Positions 43,553-57,525 are shown, numbered from the stretch's first letter. The stretch: 64,000 nucleotides of DNA from the human T2T-CHM13v2.0 reference genome, Homo sapiens (GCF_009914755.1 NC_060932.1), one strand, 5' to 3'. Program-made: numbers and translations. The notes: generated by a model from the letters alone, not told the origin.

Positions 43553-44094
43553 GCATACCACATTACTCCTTTTCTCCAAACCCTCCAGTATCTTTCTATT
43601 TCACTGAGTGAAAGCCAAGGTCCTTTGAACCGTCTAGAAGGCCCCACACTGCCTGGCCGCATCACCTCTCTGCCTTGCTCTTGTGTTTTTCTCCGTGTTC
43701 ACTCTGCCCCGTCACCTGGAGCTGAAGCCTGTGGTTCCTCGATCACTCCAGGCAATCTCCTCTCTAAGATCTTTTGACGGACTGCTCCCTCTTCTTGACG
43801 GGTATCCCTAGGATTTATCCCATCACTTTCTTCAAATATTGCCCAAATATCACATTGAGAGAGACCTATACTGAGGCATCCTCAGTAACAGCGCTTCTGA
43901 TTCCCTTAACCCTCTCCAAATTTTTCATATAGCACTTGTCACTACGTCATTTATTTAGTTGTCATGTTTATTGCTTATTTTCTGTCTCCTCACTCCAAGA
44001 CATAAACTCTCTGAGGGGAGAATTTGTCTATCTTGTTTGCTGATAAAGTTGTAGCACCTAGATCAAGGTAGGTGCTCAAAAAAATGTGTTGGTC

Positions 44095-44706
<612 letters not shown>

Positions 44707-45554
44707 GGCTGATGTAAATGAATGAATGAACCAACTAATTCATTGGTGACCCACCCCTTGAGAATAGATGTCAGGAAACTGCCAAATTATTTAAAAGTGT
44801 AAATTAAGAAAATTCAAGATTCTCTTTTGGTTTAGACAGAAGGTTCTGGGGATGCCCAGAAGTAGGTGAACCTTGTTCTGAATTTAAAAGGAGACTCTGT
44901 AGGAAAAAGATTTAGCCCTTTGCTCAGCATGCAGTAAGCAAACTTCGAGGATTAGCTCCCTTTGCTTCTGTCACCTGCCACTTCCAGAACATGAAAGAAC
45001 TTCCCTGCCCCACAGCTGCAGGTATCCCCATCATTCAACAGCGTGTGACCATCAAGTGCAGAAACTCACAGAAGAAACTTGACGTCAATCCCCAAGAAGC
45101 TTCCTTACTCATGAGCTAAATGGGTTTCAGCAAATTGTTGTACTTTTTTTTTGCCTCAAGTGTCTCATCGGTAAAATGGGAATTGAAATAGGTGTCTCTT
45201 CACACTTGTGTGGTAAGGATAGGATGAGACAATGTGTGTTACTTACCACAGTGTCTGGCACAATCATGACAAGCATTCAATAAATGCTGAACATTATCAT
45301 TATCCAGCACTTATGCTGCAAGGCTGCAATGGAATATATTAAAAGTGTCAAAAAGATAAATTTAATAAACAGTGTTTTTAATGCCCCCATTAGTATGGAT
45401 TGGAAGATTAAATCTGTTCTAATTCCTGCTGTCTGGGTAATATGCCAGCCAGGAAACCTCAAATATAAAACCACTTCATCTACCTTTCATATAAGAAGAA
45501 AAAGAAATCAATGCATTTTTGTTCTCCTCTCTTATCCTTGGCTTATTTATATGC

Positions 45555-45757
45555 CCAAATAAGGTTACTGTACAAAACACAATTGTGTGGTCTATAAATA
45601 ATGAACAGCTTCTCCATGTAGTCAGCATCAGCAGAGAAAAGTTCTAAATGGATTTCCTTTGCCGGCATCGTTTTCTGCCCTACATCTGACCGTCAACGTA
45701 AATACAGGCAGCCCTGGTTGGCATATAAAAGGCCCAATTGACCTGTTGACCCAGTTT
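45555..45757 (+). promoter_or_regulatory. Candidate core promoter/enhancer: CArG, MEF2, TATA, Inr, DR2
   Basis: CCAAATAAGG 45555-45564, CTATAAATAA 45592-45601, TATAAAAG 45724-45731, CCAGTTT 45751-45757 in a repeat-free block. Confidence 0.4.
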
Positions 45758-46000
45758 GCAGAGACGGCTCCATGCACAACCACTTTAGCAGCTGCTGTAG
45801 AAAAACCTTTTGGCCACACAAGCCAAAAGCTGCTCGTTCATTCACTGCAATTACTCCTTGAGCCCCCAGTGCTCCCGGCACTGGACTCAGAGACATTCCT
45901 GCACCATGCTTTGAGACACCCACTTCAGTCTAGCACTGGTGGACTTGAGTCCTGCGTCTGTTATGGACAAAGAATAACAAAGGCTTTTTAGTCATTCCTA

Positions 46001-46318
<318 letters not shown>

Positions 46319-46909
46319 GAGAAGTGGCTGACCGTCATGCGGCAAGATTTAGTGAGAAATTCTACCTTAATCTTCTTCAGGATCCAGCTTTTCCTAGTGA
46401 AGTAGCAGATCTTCTCTATTTAGCAAACTTCCATATCTTTTTTTCCTTTCTGTTGCCCTCATCTGCCGTATTATTCCAGCTGAGTAATATAGAAAGGCAA
46501 AGTGATTCTATAGGCGTGGTTATAACCTCACAGAAATAGGAGGCAGTGAAAGAATGGGGGCTGTGGGCTGGGGGCTGAGTCCCGAGGGTCACTGTAAAAA
46601 AGAGCATTTCACGCACACAACGTTGTCTTGTGGAGGCTGGCAGTCAGGTAGTCACAGCTTCTCTCTCTCCACTGCCATTGGAAATCAGAGTCCCATGGTC
46701 ACTGAAAGAAATCATAGTCAGTCTTCCTTCTAACTTTTTCCAGTTGACAAACAGCCATCCCATGTTTTTATTTCATTTGATACATACGTCCCTCTGTCAT
46801 GGGAACACTAAGAACTTGTGAGGAAAAATAGCTTACCCAAAGCCACAGGGTTAGTAAATAGCAAATCCATTAGTGAAAACTGTGTTTATCCATTCTGGAA
46901 CCCTCCATA

Positions 46910-47110
46910 CAGCATGGTGGTGGTTAGCTGTGTAGCCTGTAAAGCTGGCTTGCCAGGGGTCAAATCCAGGCTCTGCCCTCGGGCCTCCTCATCAGTACAA
47001 TGGGCATGCCGCTAATAGTGCCCATCTCATAGGGTGACTGTGAAAATATTATAATAAAAGCAGTTCTGTAATACATGTGGTTGGCACACAGTGAGTGCCC
47101 ATGAAGACTT
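46910..47110 (+). mobile_element. MIR
   Basis: cagcatggtggtggttag...gggtcaaatccaggctctgcc...ctcatagggt. Confidence 0.7.
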
Positions 47111-48179
47111 CCAGGTTACGACCGCTATCTTTGCACCAGACTTTCCACTGAGGCAGAAGCTGCTACTTGTCCCCCTTCTTCCAATAATAAAATCCCAATT
47201 TTCCAGCCTTTCTGGCGGCAAGGTGTAAATACAAACTCAGGTTTGTCCAAAGGGATATAAATGGAAGTGAGGTAACTTCCAGGCACCATCCCATGGATGA
47301 GACAGCCCATCTCTCCACCCTCCTGCTGGCCCCTAAGCAACCACCTTGGACTGAACAGGAAAACCACATGTTGAGGATTGTAAAGTATCAGGATAGAGCC
47401 ACCATGCCACACCACACCGTGGGCAGCTGTATTTTGATGAGAGCTAAGTCACCTTCATCTCCTTCTCACAGCAGGGAGAACAAAAGAAGTTCCATCCATC
47501 TCGAAGCAGCCTCTGTCTCAGGACCAGAGCTGGTGTCCTCGCTCACTGGTGCTCCAGACACCTTGGATGCTGAGGGCCAGCTGGTCTGCCTCTGCCACCA
47601 GATGGGCCCAGACAGGCTGACTGCGACATGAAATGACTGCCTGCCACATGCCAGGCATGAGGATGAGGACTGCACATCCTCACAGCAGGTCTATAACAGC
47701 TCTGTAAAGTGGCTATGCAGCCCATTCCACAGGTAAAAAGTCTGAGGCCCAAGGAGGAGCTGTGGCACTGTCCTGAGACACAGCCCAGATCTAAAATTCA
47801 GGCTGCCTGACTCCACATCCTGCACTCTTCTCACGGGAGTCCCTGCCTCCAAACTCAGGAGCACCCCAGAGTCCTGCACCCTCATGCAGAGCTCCTCATG
47901 CCCCAGCTCTTGAGCCCTGGGGTGTATAGAGTTGAAGTTGCCATGGAGCACTTGCTATCAGGGAACCAAAAGCCAGATTTCCTAGGTGTGACTCCCAGCT
48001 TAGCAGCTGTGGGAACTTGGGCAAAGGAACTCTAACCTCTCTGAGTTTCAGCTTCCTTGTCTGCAGACCAGGAATAACAATTCACAAGGTGTTATAAAAA
48101 TTAAATCAGTGAACATGCACAATGCTGCAAATATCAAGTTATGAGTAGCAGTACTATTGTTGTTGTCCTTGTTGGTTTT

Positions 48180-48580
48180 TGTCTTAAGCCTGAATCCCTA
48201 GAAGCATAGCCCAAATGGGGACTCTTGTGTAAGTGGTATATTGGGGCACTGTCTGGAGAGAAACATAAGGGAAAAGAGAGGGGAGAAAGACCAAGGAGCT
48301 AAGCCATGTGGTGACTTCAGCTGAAATCTGGGTTCAGCCCGAGCTCTAGAATGTGAATGGCACCACAGAGCTGCCGTACTTTGAGTTGAGGCATGAATAA
48401 GTCATTATCTGGGAGCCATCCATGTGGCGAGAACACAGCCACTCATGGGGATGGGGAGTGGGGGCTTTTATTAGCAGAGGGAAATTCTTCAGAGAAAGGC
48501 GCCACTGTTGGCCTTAGAAACCAACCACCCTGGCAGCTGGACCCAGTGAAGGGGAACCGAGTGAGGCATGAACAACATTG
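48180..48580 (-). mobile_element. LTR33/LTR16-like ERVL LTR
   Basis: tgtcttaagcctgaatccctagaagcatagccc...tgtgtaagtggtatattgggg resembles the antisense LTR33 3' end. Confidence 0.5.
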
Positions 48581-49111
48581 ACTAGGTTAGTGTGAGTCAT
48601 CAAATGCCACCTCTTTCACAAGTTCTGTCCATCCTCTCAGCTAGAAGTCATCTTCACATGCCCATAACATTTTCTCTCTACCATGCCTACTGAACTGAAC
48701 TTTGCTTAATACTGTGTTATAGCCATTCACGTACAATTCTTGATGAGTATTCTCCTTGCTCCATGCTCATCCCTCTGAGCCCTTGAGAGCTGAGATGGTG
48801 CTGAAGATGGGGCTGTCCATCATGCCTGCACTGTACCCCAGTAAGGAGCACAGGGCTTGGCATGTGACGGGCTTTCAGCCAACCTGACCAGAGACTGAAG
48901 GATGCCCTTATCTCACACATGCCAAGACACGGGGTAATATAATGTCAGTTCTTGGAAATACATGGACAAAAATTAATATTCAAGTTTTAAAGCCCAGATG
49001 CCAGTAAAAATTGTCTTGTGCAATGATTGTAGATGAAGAGTCTGATGTTTTCAGTAACTCAGAGTGTCCACCATGAGTGTCCTGACGCACCTCCTTAAAT
49101 GTTGTGTTTTA

Positions 49112-49435
<324 letters not shown>

Positions 49436-49949
49436 GGTGTGCCTTAGGTACCTCACTCATTTCAACCTAGTGTTAACCGTGACACCCCAAGTCATAAGAT
49501 TGATAGTCATTATGTGCACCCAAAGCAGCATTAATTTATTCACCAACTGCTTATTCTGGGCCAGGTATTATGGTCACGAATATGGAAACCACATTTGGTC
49601 ATTTCCTCAAGGAGCTGCCGGCATTTGGAGAATACAGACATGAATGCAGACTATCTCAGCATCAGATGGAAGGCAGTGAGAAGGAAGGGTATGCCGGCAA
49701 CACCTCTGATCTCTGCTATAGGTGGAGGTGATCACGGCAGGCTTCACAGAGAAGGTGACGCTCCAGCTTTGTCTTGAAGGTTGAGGAGGAATTTGGCACA
49801 AAAGGACAATGGAGAGAAGTGCAATGTGCATATGGGTGGGAAAAGGGACAGGCTACATGGCTGGGGAAGGGGAGAGTGATTTGGAATGGCCAGACTTTCT
49901 GGGCCAGAAAATGGCTCATCTCAGATTCCTGAAAGAAATATTCATTGAG

Positions 49950-50100
49950 GAGCTTCCAGGTTGGTGAACACATGGGCATATTGAGAGCACAGCACACCTG
50001 GAGAGGACACAGAAGCTCCACACCACCCATGTTTCTTCCATTTGGCTGTTTATGAGTTGTACCCTTTATAATAAGGGTATAATAAACAGGTAAGCAATAA
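49950..50100 (+). mobile_element. MER21-like LTR fragment
   Basis: gagcttccaggttggtgaacacat...gaagctccac...ttccatttggctgtt...ctttataataa. Confidence 0.7.
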
Positions 50101-50116
50101 AAAAGGAAAGTGGAGG

Positions 50117-50490
50117 AGCCGGGCACAGAGGCTCACAGCTGTAATCTCGGCACTTTGGGAGGCTAAAGCGGGCAGATTGCTTGAGCCCAGGAATTCGAGA
50201 CCAGCCTGGGCAACATAGTGAAGCCCTGTTTCTACCAAAAAAAATACAAATTAGCAGGATATGGTGGCATGTGCCTGTAGTCCCAGCTACTCGGGAGGTT
50301 GAGGTGGGATCACTTGAGTCCAGGAGGTTGAGGCTGCGGTGAGCCATGATCGCACCATTGCACTCCAGCCTGGGCAACAGAGTGACACCTTGTCTCAAAA
50401 CACACAGAGAGAAAAGAAGTAGAAGAAAGGAAAGGAAATAAGGAAGGAGGAAGAGGGAAAGGAAGAATGAAAGGAAATAAAGAAAAGGGG
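50117..50490 (+). mobile_element. AluJ with purine-rich tail
   Basis: ttgagcccaggaattcgag; gaggctgcggtgagccatgatcg. Confidence 0.9.
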
Positions 50491-50871
50491 AAAATCGTCA
50501 CTAAGGTAAATAGTAGCATTGTAATATTATAACAATCAATAATTTGTTGAGAATCAACTACATTTCAGAACCTTTACAGTCATTCATTACATCATTTAAC
50601 CTCCACTACAATCCTATAAAATCCATATTAGAACTCATCCCCCCATCTGACAGGTAAGGGCGCCCAAAGGTTACATGACAGCCTATCTTTCTCTAGGTAC
50701 TAGGAAGCAAGGCCTTGGCCTTTCTGACTCTCCAGAGAGGGAAAGCAGTTACCCCTTCACATTGACCAGGCATCTAAAATCTGCATATCTGTGCCCAAGA
50801 GGTCCATAAAGTTGGTTGAGTCCAATAAATTTCTGAATAGACTTCCTCCTATAGTTGACTGGGATTTTTTT

Positions 50872-51021
50872 GTGGGAGTTGTTTGTTTGTTTAATTTTTT
50901 TTAGCGAGATGGGGTCTCGCTATGTTGCTCAGGCTGCTCTTAAACTCCTGGGCTCAAGCAATCCTCCCACCTCAGCCTCCCAAAGTGTTGAGATTACAGG
51001 TGTGAGCCACCATGTCCGGCC
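50872..51021 (-). mobile_element. FLAM (free left Alu monomer)
   Basis: Monomer only: gggtctcgctatgttgc...ggctcaagcaatcctccc. Confidence 0.85.
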
Positions 51022-51640
51022 TTCTAGTTAACTGTTGATTCTTTAAATGTTTTTTCCCCCACCTTAAAAGGATGACAGATTCATTAAGCTATGAGACAGT
51101 ATCTGCTCATTAATGTGTGCTAAATTGCCATGCAATTTCTATAGAATTAAATTACACCTCAATGAATAAGCAAATAATTCGTCAAGACTAATCTTACTCC
51201 CATGAATGCCAAAGTAAGACTTGGACCATTTACTTATCAAATGCTGATTTAAAAAAAAACTCACAATGAAATAATAAATAAATCATCAAGTCAAAAGTTT
51301 AATTTGGTATTCCGGCTCAATCAGGAAAATAAGCACAGCACCAGGTACCCTCCTCGGTTTCCAAATAAGGTAGCAGTCAGAAATATGAGCCCATTCATTT
51401 TCATACAGCTGTACAATTACCTGCGAAGGCTATGTAGCTAAAATACAAGCACACACACACACACACACACCCGTCACTCATACACACACAAAGCCAAGCA
51501 CCACAGCATCTATGCTACTTGATAGGAACCATATTCAAATGCAATAGAAATATTCAGAGCAAATTGGGTATTTTGTAGAATCTGCCTGGCCCTGAACACC
51601 CCTGTAGATCGAGATAAGGAATAGCATCATCTTCCTACTC

Positions 51641-51818
51641 TAGAGTTCTCAAAGTGTGGTCCCTGAACCAGCAGCAATAGCATCACCTGGGAACTTGTTA
51701 GAAATGCAAATCTCAGGTCACTCCCCTCCCACTCCACCCCCAGACCTGCTGACTCAGAAACTCTGGGGGTGGATGATTCTTCCAGGTGATGCTAATACAG
51801 CTAAAGTTTGAGCCACTA
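51641..51818. mobile_element. MER5A
   Basis: gttctcaaagtgtggtccc...gcatcacctgggaacttgttagaaatgcaaat. Confidence 0.85.
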
Positions 51819-52031
51819 GTGTATATGCATAAAATACCAAAGGAGCTAGGGATTTTCCCTCACATAGACCCAAGTTTGAATTCTAGTGGCTAAACACTAG
51901 TTATATGACCTAGGCTGATTATTTCACTTCTCTGAGCCTCACTTTTATCATCTTTTTCAAAAGAAAATTAAGAGATGAATGATACCACCTTCCTAACATT
52001 GCTGGTGAGGTCACTGAGATGACCCAAGTGA

Positions 52032-52487
52032 TGCCAGTGGAGCGAACACAGACCTCCATGGATTCGGCATCATCCCCTCTCCCTTCTAAGTTCCCATTCT
52101 AAGGGCTCATTTCCAAGAATCCCCTTCCCATGTGGCTCCCAGCAAGAGTTTGCCAATGAGAGGACTCGGCTAGACCCAGAAGGCACAGAGGAGGTGGGGT
52201 CATTAGCCTTGGAGGTAGTTGCAGCCGGGCCTCTGTGGTTCACAGCAGCTTCCCACAGGGTTCCTGAGAACCACCAGCTTTCCCACCATAGTCTAAGAAC
52301 ATTAGATTGGCATTTCCACACATTCTTGAGCATTAGAGCTCATGAGAACTTCTGTTATGGCACTTCAGGATAAGATCAGCCATGGTGGAGATCCAAATGT
52401 CTTTTATAGTCCTAAGTCCTTTGAATAAAGCCCTTACTCCCTGGAATCTAGTGCACCTTCTGCTTTCCAATCAAACCCTGAGATACA
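52032..52487 (+). mobile_element. Old ERVL-type LTR (LTR40/41-like)
   Basis: TG...CA ends, aataaa near the 3' end, gagtttgccaatgagagg motif. Confidence 0.45.
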
Positions 52488-53961
52488 CATCTAATTTCCA
52501 CATTTACCCAGGAATATCTTATTTCTATAAAAAGCAGAAAAACCTACTTTCTCCAGACTCAAGGGAAAGTCCTGGGATCAAAGAAATCCCCCTTTCTTTA
52601 AAGACCTTCCTTCAAAGAATCATACATGTTCACTGTCACATTACACTCATATATCCATAACCTATTTTAGTATTTTAAATGACTGCTTACAGATTTCCTG
52701 CAATTTTGAATGTGATTTTGCTTCGTTGCAAGCCACCTGCCCCCATGGAAACCAATCATCATTATTTATGCAAATCAATGGAGAAATATGATTCAATTAA
52801 CAGAAACTTGCTTAACAGTCATCATGCATTGGCTTGTTTTTTATTTGACTTTTCATATTTTTATAATGTCACATAAGCCGTTTTTCTCCCCTCTTGCAGA
52901 AAATGACTAAATGTAAAAGACAAAATAATAATGAAACCTCAAATAGGTAAAGCATTTACAGCACTTCAAAGCCTCCCGATAGTTTATCTCTGGTCAACAG
53001 ATATTCTCAGACTCCTGCAGAGAAAAAGAACGAGATGCAGACAGGTCACACAGGTTGTTAGGAAGAGCAGTAACTAGTACTGTAGTTCCCTGAAGGCACT
53101 AACAAATCCCAGGTCCTTGTTCCATGAAAATAAGTCTGTGATTAGATACTAAATAAATTATCTAGTCCTCAGTAATAAATTCCTTATTAGCAGAATTAGG
53201 TCACAGCTACAAAAGTGGTTCTCTCTCTCTCTCTCTCTCTGTCTCTCTGTCTGCTAAAAAAAGACTTTTTTTGGAATTTTACCCATGAAAATCTGAATGG
53301 GAATTTGAGTTCTTTGGCTAAAAGGTTTTTCTCAGAACATGGGCAGCTTTCCAGACTTCCGTTTTATAATGAATATTCCTACTATTTTTGACTTCTCAGT
53401 TTTCCAAGGCCATGGCTACCCAATTTGGCTGTCATAAGAATGTCGTTACTCTAAATCCGTTAAGCTCTGCAACGCAGAAGTTTTCCCGAAACCAATTCAC
53501 AGAGATGGTATCACTGAGGATATGGAGGAGGAAAATATCCCAAGACAGTGGTTCCATTGATTTTCAAGTTGGGTAAGAAAATATAACTGGTGATGAAAAT
53601 GAAAGCTGAGGCATATTCTAAAATGAAACCTTAGAACAAGATAGAAAAATAAAAAATAAAAATAAGTGGCAAAGATATCTATATAAATCTCTCACACTAA
53701 ATTTTTAAAATCTCTCACACTGAGTTGAGTGTAGAAACAGGATCAATGCTATCCAGACAACTGCAGCTTTTCTCTCCTGGGGTTAGATGGTCCCTCCAGG
53801 CAGCCTGCTTCATCAGGATCTAACATGACCCTTCAAATGTCTCTCAGAGATGACCAGCCATGTCTGGTCCATGGGAAGCATGGAAATTGAGAGACAGGAT
53901 GCTTGAAGATTTATTTGAAAAGAGCTGTTTCCTACCTAAAGGAAGGCTTGCTTTCTAATAC

Positions 53962-54484
53962 TGTATTAGTTATCCTTTGCTGCGTAACATATCATCCCAA
54001 AGCTCAGTGACTCAAAACAACCATAATGATCTGTAATTTCTCACGGTTTTACGCCTGCAGAATTCAGGAGCAACTTGGCTGGTGAGTTCCTACTTCGATT
54101 TTCACGAGGTTACAATAAAATGTCCTTCAGGACTGCTGTTATATGAAGGCTTGATGTGGGCTGGAGGACCCACTCAAAGGTGGATTGTTCACACAGATGG
54201 CAAAGTGGGTACTGGCTTTCGACCAGTTCTTCTCTGCAATGTCATCTCCATGGGGTTACTTGAGTGTCCTGGAGGCATGGTAGCTGACTTCCTCCTGAGT
54301 AAGCAAATCAGGAAAACAAAGCCAAAATGCTACAACACCTTTTAGGACCTACTCTCAGAGGTAATGCCTTGTTATTTCTGCCGTATTCTATTGGTCACAG
54401 AGGTCAGGGCTAAATTTTTATGGGAGGTCATAAAAATCAAGAGGCAAGGATCATTGGGGACCTTTTAGAGGTCTGGCTAGCACA
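53962..54484 (-). mobile_element. MLT1H-like MaLR LTR
   Basis: tgtattagttatc...ggctagcaca with a perfect 5-bp TSD aatac (53957-53961, 54485-54489). Confidence 0.85.
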
Positions 54485-54496
54485 AATACGGACGCA

Positions 54497-54633
54497 GGCT
54501 GGGCACAGTAGCTCACATCTGTAATGCCAGCACTTTGGAAGGCTGAGGCAGGAGGATCACTTGAGCCCAGCAGCTTGGGACCAGCCTGGGCAGCATAGTG
54601 AGGCCCGCACTTCTAAAATAATAATAATAATAA
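54497..54633 (+). mobile_element. FLAM with (TAA)n tail
   Basis: Left monomer followed directly by a tail. Confidence 0.85.
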
Positions 54634-54807
54634 CTCATGCATTGCATATGACTTACAGTGAGAAATCTAGAAAAGGCTGGCAAATGCAGTAGTGTCAACA
54701 GAGTGCTGGGCAAAGGATGTGGCATTTCATGGGCCAAATGTGAAGCTCTCTGGGAGAGACCTGATGTGGAGTTACCTAATTGGAAACATGGGTATAAAGG
54801 CCAGAGG

Positions 54808-54985
54808 CAGCGATAGATTCATGAATATGAAGCCTGTACAGCCACACAGAGTCCTCCACTAAGAAGGACCCCACACTTCAGTGTAATGCACTGCTATTGC
54901 CTTCTTGAAATTCTGAATACTTTCTGAACAAGGATCCTGACATTTTCATTTTGCACTGGGCCCCACAAATTATGTAGCCATTCCT
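54808..54985 (+). mobile_element. MER45A (hAT-Tip100)
   Basis: cttgaaattc...cattttcattttgcactgggccccacaaattatgtagcc. Confidence 0.8.
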
Positions 54986-55169
54986 ACCTTAGTAGCCAAG
55001 GGTGAAAATAATGATCCATGGAAATAAAGAGGTGATTGCTCTGTCAAGAAACCATGGATGAGAAATCCCCAGGGATAGGGTTTTCTAATGAACTCATAAA
55101 AGCATCTAGAAGAAAGTAAGTTCTAAACTGCTGCAAAAACTAAACAGATATCTAATTGCTAGATTTCTC

Positions 55170-55660
55170 CAATAGCCTGAGTTCCTCCAAAAAGCAGAGC
55201 TTAAGACAAGAGTTTGCATGCAGGTAGTTTGTTTTGGGAAATGACCGCTAAAATAAAAAATGGGAGTTAGAAAGAGTAAAAGGGGAGGAGAAAGAGCTGG
55301 TCCAAGGTTGCCTCATTGAACTCATTGCTCTGTGAGCAACTGGGGCTCAATCTCATCAGAGGGCTCGCTAAGGAGCTTTGTAGGATGCTCTGCAAGACTG
55401 ACCTTCTGAGACAAAGAAAGAGGAAGCATTTGTCCTCCAATTGCCACCCTGATGGTCAAATTGCTCTATGGGTTTACAATGCTCTCATGCATGCATCAGA
55501 AAGGCTGAGTGGGTTCCTTTGGGATGCTGCAGGGTGGAAGCAAAGAGGCCCTAGAGCAGAAAGCAAAGAATACACTATGTTTCCAAGCGAATCCCATTAC
55601 AGCTGTTCGCTGAAGCAAGAGATGGAGTGAAAAAGTGGATGCGAGGGGCTCCCGTGGCAC
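55170..55660 (-). mobile_element. LTR33/LTR16-like ERVL LTR
   Basis: aaaagcagagcttaagacaagagtttgcatgcaggtagtttgttttggga. Confidence 0.55.
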
Positions 55661-56399
55661 TACAATCTCCATGCCAAAGTCAGCCAAGGAATAAATTTCT
55701 TGCTCCTCTACTCACTCCTTCCCTGAGCTCCATCCCTGGGGAGATGGGGGAGGGAAAAACTAGCAAAGATAGAAGAAACCATCTCTAGCCCTTCCCCAGT
55801 TGAGGCTTCCCTCTTGAGCAAGGAGAAGGCAAAAGCCTCAACTGTAATCAATTTGGAATTACATGAGAAAGGGGAATTTAATTCCTCCATTTGAGACATT
55901 TCTTTATGATAAAGTGAAAAGAGCCTAGGAAAGTCCTGGGGCCTGCCTGAGTTTTCTTCTAGGGCCATGGGGATTAACAAGCCCCCAGAGTGGACTTAAA
56001 AGGGGTTGGATGGTGTAAGCTGGAGAAAGCTGCTTTGTGATTACCTCCTCCAAGCTTGTTCCTCCTAATCGAAGACATTAGAAATATCCAGAATGCACTT
56101 GATAGAACAAGAAGACAATGTTAAGGGGGTGAGGGGGAATGTGCTGTTAGTTGAATTCCTTTCATGACACAAAAATGGAAGCCAGAACTCACGTCCATTT
56201 CACATGTCTTTGCTTTTTGAGATGGTGTTCATTCTGCCTGAAATATCCTGCTCCACCATCCGATTCACCTCCCCTATCATTTGTCCCCTCCTGAGACAGG
56301 GAGGGTTTTGTTATTATCATTATATGGTATTATCATATATATAGTCTGCCTTATACTAGAAATATTTATGGAGGCTTTTTTTTAAATAGAGCAAAAATG

Positions 56400-56750
56400 A
56401 CACAAATTAAAAGGCATGGAAAATGAAAGATAAAAAATAAAAACCAAGTGCAGGAAATTATAACAGAGTACAGAGCGAGACCCTGTCTGTGGCTCTACAC
56501 ATACCTTAAGTTACTGACAGGTGATAAGGGTACAGTTTTGGCTCTCAACTCTCAATTTTGTACCAGCAGCTGATACAAAAAAGGGAACATGTTCCAGTCT
56601 CAGTTAGCATCCATAAGGCAAAACCCGCACCACTTCTCAGGAAAAGCAGAGCTACTTCTGATTCTGAAGTCAGGTGGACAATTGCCTCTGGGGATCTCCT
56701 AAAGAGACACACAATGTACAAAAATTGAACAACATGCTCCACAATATCTT
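56400..56750. mobile_element. L4 (RTE-X) LINE relic
   Basis: ttttggctct...aaaaagggaacatg...ctcaggaaaagcagagcta resembles L4_Mam consensus. Confidence 0.5.
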
Positions 56751-56755
56751 TTCTA

Positions 56756-57350
<595 letters not shown>

Positions 57351-57525
57351 TCAGGCACTTCTTATAATGTCCCTCAATCTGTGACACAGACATGACAAAC
57401 AGGAGAGAATCACCAAGACCCAGGCTGACTGCAGACACCTTCGGGCCACCATGCACTATGGCTTTAATCCCCTTCATTGCACTCACCATTTCTCTTTGCA
57501 ATCATTTCTACATGAATCTTTCTCC

